In this document: positions 41,983-45,170 of the stretch, one piece after another
How positions within the stretch are numbered: position 1 is the first letter of the stretch
Layout: each line of letters opens with the position of its first letter
Source: a virus
IMG/VR virus record: IMGVR_UViG_3300010218_000015
Span: 1-45,170 of that record
Length of the DNA: 45,170 bases
Reading direction: 5' to 3' (one strand)
Position numbers and translations under genes: made by a program
Notes under the pieces: generated by a model
Databases searched by the model: none
What the model was told of the DNA's origin: nothing
The model's input: only the letters and a program-made list of their open reading frames with translations

Positions 41983-42408
41983 ATGGGAATTGAACAGCGC
42001 TTGGAGAACTGGGCCCGGGTCGTGCGCGACCCGCGCTCGCAGCCGCAGTGCTGCGCATCGTGGGCAAAACTGGCCACGGCGCTGCGCGACGCCGAGAAGG
42101 GCATCGTGACCGAGCCAGCCATCCCGCGCGACGTCGCCGACGGCTGGCTGGTCGAGCGCGCTTGGCAGCGGATCTCCGACCCCATCGCCAAGCGCCTGCT
42201 CCAGTACTACTACGTCCACCAGTTCCCGCCCGAGATCGTTTGCCGAATCCTGGTGCGCAAGTACGGCGCATCTCACCACACACTCAAGCACTGGAATGTG
42301 CGGCTGGCGAAGGCCCATTCGATTGCGGCGCACGTGATCGATGGGGAGGTGGCACGCGCGGAGATGGCGGCGGCGGTGAAGCGGATGACGAGTGGGGTGA
42401 CGGTGTGA
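41983..42408 (+). CDS. Q: Late antiterminator, Q family (P22 gp23-like)
   Basis: LENWARVVRDPRSQPQCCASWA...RLLQYYYV parallels P22 gp23 LERWGAWA...RPQCCDDDA...LLVDYYV. A promoter plus a short terminated leader lie immediately downstream. Confidence 0.6.
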   Translation: MGIEQRLENWARVVRDPRSQPQCCASWAKLATALRDAEKGIVTEPAIPRDVADGWLVERAWQRISDPIAKRLLQYYYVHQFPPEIVCRILVRKYGASHHTLKHWNVRLAKAHSIAAHVIDGEVARAEMAAAVKRMTSGVTV

Positions 42409-42418
42409 AAAATGCCGC

Positions 42419-42458
42419 TTGTAAACTCCGAAACAATGCACTATCCTGCGCGTAGATT
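42419..42458 (+). promoter_or_regulatory. Candidate Q-dependent late promoter (TTGTAA-17 nt-TATCCT) with a -10-like TAGATT in the initially transcribed region
   Basis: The -35 is at 42419-42424, the -10 at 42442-42447, and TAGATT at 42453-42458. The site lies 11 nt after the Q stop. Confidence 0.45.
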
Positions 42459-42543
42459 ACTGAAGCCCTTGCGGCGTTACCGGTCCTGACCGCGACAGCA
42501 TCCATTTGGAGGGATGCGTGTCCCCAGGCGAAACGCACAACAG

Positions 42544-42567
42544 ACCCCGCCACTGAGCGGGGTTTTT
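42544..42567 (+). terminator. Rho-independent terminator of the short late leader (tR'-like)
   Basis: Stem accccgc/gcggggt with loop cactga, followed by TTTTT. It lies about 110 nt downstream of the candidate late promoter. Confidence 0.75.
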
Positions 42568-42579
42568 GCATTTCCGGCC

Positions 42580-42753
42580 ATGCACACGTCCAATGCCCTC
42601 CCGTCGCACTGCTACCGCGACCCCATGCTGGTATTGGAGCGGAAGCAGGAAGAGGAAGCGGCCGCCGAGAAGCGCGAGCAGGCCCGCAAGGTCGCCAGCA
42701 TGTCGCTGGCGCGGCTGCGCGCCGAATCGCTGTTCACCAAGGACGCCGACTGA
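42580..42753 (+). CDS. Small hydrophilic hypothetical protein (57 aa)
   Basis: MHTSNALPSHCYRDPMLVLERKQEEEAAAEKREQARKVASMSLARLRAESLFTKDAD. Third positions are very G/C-rich. The start is placed after the terminator; no clear SD is present. Confidence 0.5.
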   Translation: MHTSNALPSHCYRDPMLVLERKQEEEAAAEKREQARKVASMSLARLRAESLFTKDAD

Positions 42754-42824
42754 TGTTCGCCCCTACCATGATGTACCTCTTGTGGAGCGTATGGCTCCGC
42801 GCCTGTTTCCCGCTTCTGTCCTGA
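42753..42824 (+). CDS. Possible 23-aa hydrophobic micro-ORF
   Basis: MFAPTMMYLLWSVWLRACFPLLS. It is coupled by TGATG to the preceding ORF and 19 of its 23 third positions are G/C. It is too short to be sure. Confidence 0.25.
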   Translation: MFAPTMMYLLWSVWLRACFPLLS

Positions 42825-42839
42825 TCCAGAGGAGTTCCC

Positions 42840-43136
42840 GTGTCACAAATCAGCATGCGCGCAAAGATGATGGTCACCGGTGTGGCTGCCGTCAGTGGTT
42901 ACGGCCCGAACCATAAGCCCGGTGACGAGATGGTGAAGGTCGGAGAGCGATTGACCTTCATGGCCGTGGGCGCCAACAAGCCCTACAACGCTGATGGAAC
43001 CGGCGACGAGGACAACTCGTATTCGCGTTGGACTCCGTGCGCGACCATCGACATCACGGTTCAGAACCCCGAGCTGTTCGGCAAGTTTGCCGCCGGCGAC
43101 AGGTTCTACATCGACTTCACTCCGGCCGCGTCGTAA
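42840..43136 (+). CDS. Hypothetical protein (98 aa)
   Basis: GTG start 6 nt after GAGGAG. The sequence ...DEDNSYSRWTPCATIDITVQNPELFGKFAAGDRFYIDFTPA resembles a recurrent small beta-rich phage/bacterial protein of unknown function. Confidence 0.65.
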   Translation: MSQISMRAKMMVTGVAAVSGYGPNHKPGDEMVKVGERLTFMAVGANKPYNADGTGDEDNSYSRWTPCATIDITVQNPELFGKFAAGDRFYIDFTPAAS

Positions 43137-43165
43137 TCGATGCAATGGTTCCTATGGGAGCCGCT

Positions 43166-43251
43166 TCACCCAAACCGCAGGCTGCCCAATCGGGCTAAGC
43201 GCGCCAACAGGGAAGTGACCCGACAGGCGAACGGGCTGGCGGTTTGGGTGA
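43166..43251. repeat. 13-bp perfect inverted repeat (tcacccaaaccgc / gcggtttgggtga) enclosing 60 nt
   Basis: The arms are at 43166-43178 and 43239-43251, in the 161-bp non-coding gap between convergent genes. Neither side has a U-run. Confidence 0.8.
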
Positions 43252-43297
43252 GGGCACTTTGCGCAACTGGGTGAATCGCTAGATGCGGAGATCCGTG

Positions 43298-43546
43298 TCA
43301 ACCCCGGAACGTGCCATGTCCACATCCACAGACGTAGCGACCTTCTGCTTTGAAGGTCGATTCGTAGCCTGGCGCAAGTTCGCGCTCATCGCCTTTTTCC
43401 AGCCGTATCGGTTCGGTCCAGAGAGGATCGGTAGCGCCTGTGCGGCGTTTTTCGTAGTGCTCTTTACTCCGGAACATGAAGGTAGTGCGCAGCGTCGAGC
43501 ATTGCGGGTTGTCGCACGTCAGGTGCATGAAAACGGCTTGAGACAT
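43298..43546 (-). CDS. Zinc-ribbon-like hypothetical protein (moron on the opposite strand of the late region)
   Basis: An 82-aa ORF with a strong RBS, AGGAGGAGTCG-ATG. It contains CDNPQC and CGCGH Cys pairs. Its base composition is AT-richer than its neighbours. Confidence 0.7.
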   Translation of the reverse strand: MSQAVFMHLTCDNPQCSTLRTTFMFRSKEHYEKRRTGATDPLWTEPIRLEKGDERELAPGYESTFKAEGRYVCGCGHGTFRG

Positions 43547-43728
43547 CGACTCCTCCTAGGAATCTCTGAAGTCTAAACGTTCATTTGGCTTTTGAGAGAT
43601 AGCTCACCGGTGGAGCGCCGGGCTCAACCTCACACAAGTTACGGTTTCTTGGTGCTCTCCTCCGCTGCCCGAAAGGCAGCCTTCGGCGCCCGCTTGGCCA
43701 TATGGTCGGCGGGCGCGTCGTTTTCGCC

Positions 43729-44349
43729 ATGACGGACATTCAACGCCCACGGCCGCCCGACTGGCTGATCGACCCGGAGAACTGGACGCGCCACTACGAG
43801 CCGGCCAAGGACATGGCCGCTTGGGTGAAGACGCAAATCATCGAAGAGGGGCCACTCCACAATCCGGAGCACGGCCACCTGCTAGATGCAGACATCGCAT
43901 TCCTGTGGGCGGCTGAGCGATACGTGAAGCAGGGGCGCCACGTGCTGGGGCAGACTGAAGAGGTTCTGTTCCGCGTGGGGCGCTGGCAGCGCGGCCGCCA
44001 AGAGCAACAGCTTGCCGAGTGGTTCGGCCACGTGCCCACCTGGCTCATCACGCTGGATGCTGAGTTCTGTGCCCACTGCTCCGACGCCGAGTTTTGCGCG
44101 CTGGTGGAGCATGAGCTTTACCACATAGGCCAAGAGAAGGATGCCTTCGGCGGCCCGGCATTCACCAAGGACGGATTCCCGAAGCTCTTCCTGCGCGGCC
44201 ATGACGTCGAGGAGTTCGTCGGAGTGGTCCGGCGCTACGGCATAGGGCAGTCCGACGGGATGCTCGCCAAGCTGGTATCGGCTGCGAATTCCTCCCCGGA
44301 GGTCGCCGGCGTTGATGTGGCGCGTGCATGCGGCACCTGTCTGGGCTGA
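43729..44349 (+). CDS. Putative phage metallopeptidase-domain protein
   Basis: The start is MTDIQRPRPPDWLIDPENW. It has an HExxH-like LVEHELYHIG, and GHDVEEFVGVVRRYG near the C-terminus. It lies upstream of the terminase genes. Confidence 0.55.
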   Translation: MTDIQRPRPPDWLIDPENWTRHYEPAKDMAAWVKTQIIEEGPLHNPEHGHLLDADIAFLWAAERYVKQGRHVLGQTEEVLFRVGRWQRGRQEQQLAEWFGHVPTWLITLDAEFCAHCSDAEFCALVEHELYHIGQEKDAFGGPAFTKDGFPKLFLRGHDVEEFVGVVRRYGIGQSDGMLAKLVSAANSSPEVAGVDVARACGTCLG

Positions 44350-44381
44350 CACCAGACCCTACCAAGACAAGATTTCACATT

Positions 44382-44861
44382 ATGGCAACGCTCTCGGATG
44401 ACGTGAAAGCGTTCATCGTGCAGGCGTTGGCCTGCTTCGACACGCCCAGCCAAGTGGCCGACGCGGTCAAGGACCAATTCGGCCTCGTAATCTCGCGCCA
44501 GCAGTGCGAGGGATACGACCCGACGAAGAAGTCCGCTCACGGCCTCGCCAAGAAGTGGCGGACCCTTTTTGAGGAGACGCGCAAGCAGTTTCTGGACGAG
44601 ACGGCCCGCATCCCCATCGCCAACCAGGCGTACCGCCTGCGCGTGCTTGATCGCTTGGCCGCCAAGGCCGAGCGCATGGGGAACATGGCGATGGTGAGCC
44701 AGTTGATCGAGCAGGCGGCCAAGGAGGCGGGCGGCGCATTCACGAACAAGCACCGCGTCGAGCACACCGGCAAGGACGGTGCGCCAATCGAACAGCGGAC
44801 AGCGGTGGTGAGTGAACATGACGTCAAAGCCGCCGTCGACAAACTTGAGTCGGAGTATTGA
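44382..44861 (+). CDS. terS: Putative terminase small subunit (DUF2280-like)
   Basis: [34 protein letters not shown] (HTH-like N-terminus). It lies directly upstream of terL and overlaps it by 44 nt. No clear SD is present. Confidence 0.55.
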   Translation: MATLSDDVKAFIVQALACFDTPSQVADAVKDQFGLVISRQQCEGYDPTKKSAHGLAKKWRTLFEETRKQFLDETARIPIANQAYRLRVLDRLAAKAERMGNMAMVSQLIEQAAKEAGGAFTNKHRVEHTGKDGAPIEQRTAVVSEHDVKAAVDKLESEY

Positions 44862-45170
44862 CCCCGAGGTCGAGCGCCTCGTCCTGAAGGCCAAGTGCGA
44901 ACGGGACCACCTGTTTTTCAGCCGGTACTTCTTCAAGCACCGGCAGGGCATCAAGTTCCGCGTGAACTGGCACCACGTACTGATCGCGGACACGGTGCAG
45001 CGCGTCATTGACGGCGAACTGAAGAACGTCGTCATCAACGTGCCGCCCGGCTCGTCGAAGACCGAGCTCGTGGCGATCAACCTGATCGCCCGGGGCTTGG
45101 CGCTGAACCCGCGCGCGCGGTTCCTGCACATCTCGTACTCCGACGACCTTGCGCTGCTCAACAGCGAGAC
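44818..45170 (+). CDS. terL: Terminase large subunit, N-terminal part (runs off the window end and continues at nt 1)
   Basis: My own translation is [83 protein letters not shown]..., with Walker A PPGSSKT. The frame is continuous with 3-1244 through the 55-nt overlap. Confidence 0.9.
   Translation, partial: MTSKPPSTNLSRSIDPEVERLVLKAKCERDHLFFSRYFFKHRQGIKFRVNWHHVLIADTVQRVIDGELKNVVINVPPGSSKTELVAINLIARGLALNPRARFLHISYSDDLALLNSE
45116..45170. repeat. Terminal overlap, second copy (identical to nt 1-55)
   Basis: See the first copy. Confidence 0.95.

Noticed and set aside
41163-42441. 342-aa, 361-aa and 297-aa minus-strand ORFs over the DUF1367-like, Ref-like and Q genes
   Set aside because: They are mutually overlapping, Arg/Pro/Ser-rich and lack translation signals. 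The + strand genes are coupled by ATGA overlaps and carry recognisable motifs.
43639-43878. A 79-aa minus-strand ORF upstream of the zinc-ribbon moron
   Set aside because: It overlaps the start of the metallopeptidase-like gene, has no RBS and has an Arg/Val/Leu-rich shadow-type composition.

Overview
The window is a complete, circularly closed genome of a GC-rich temperate phage with a contractile tail (myovirus type). The unit length is 45,115 bp. The first and last 55 nt are identical and fall inside the large-terminase ORF. The phage is in its non-integrated attP form and no host flanking genes are present.

Gene order:
- A + strand late block: terL, portal, MuF-like protein, scaffold, capsid, neck genes, sheath, tube, a chaperone with a predicted -1 frameshift, tape measure, baseplate and tail fibre.
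- An acyltransferase moron next to the tail fibre genes.
- A lysis cassette: holin, GH24 endolysin, an intervening HNH-like ORF, and Rz/Rz1-type spanins.
- A divergent gene pair (SRAP peptidase and a small Cys-rich ORF) sharing a perfect LexA box.
- attP, made of a tRNA 3' fragment plus four TTGCGGAA repeats.
- A long minus-strand early block driven by a PL-like promoter: int, xis, J-domain protein, Lar-like protein, C5 methyltransferase, exonuclease/RecT and many small ORFs.
- A cI-type S24 repressor co-transcribed with a secreted protein.
- Back-to-back PRM/PR-like promoters that share 15-bp palindromic operators with PL.
- cro-like and cII-like genes.
- A replication module: an initiator with seven internal iterons and a lambda-P-like loader.
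- A translationally coupled, nuclease-rich block.
- A Q-type antiterminator with its late promoter and terminator.
- Small late ORFs, a minus-strand moron, a metallopeptidase-like protein and the small terminase.

All family names come from motif recognition by eye; no database search was run. Nothing here can be shown to be novel from sequence alone. The best candidates for undescribed biology are:
- the LexA-controlled SRAP / Cys-rich pair
- the coupled nuclease / zinc-knuckle block at 39284-41971
- the secreted protein co-transcribed with cI
- the HNH-like ORF splitting the lysis cassette
- the AT-richer minus-strand zinc-ribbon moron in the late leader region
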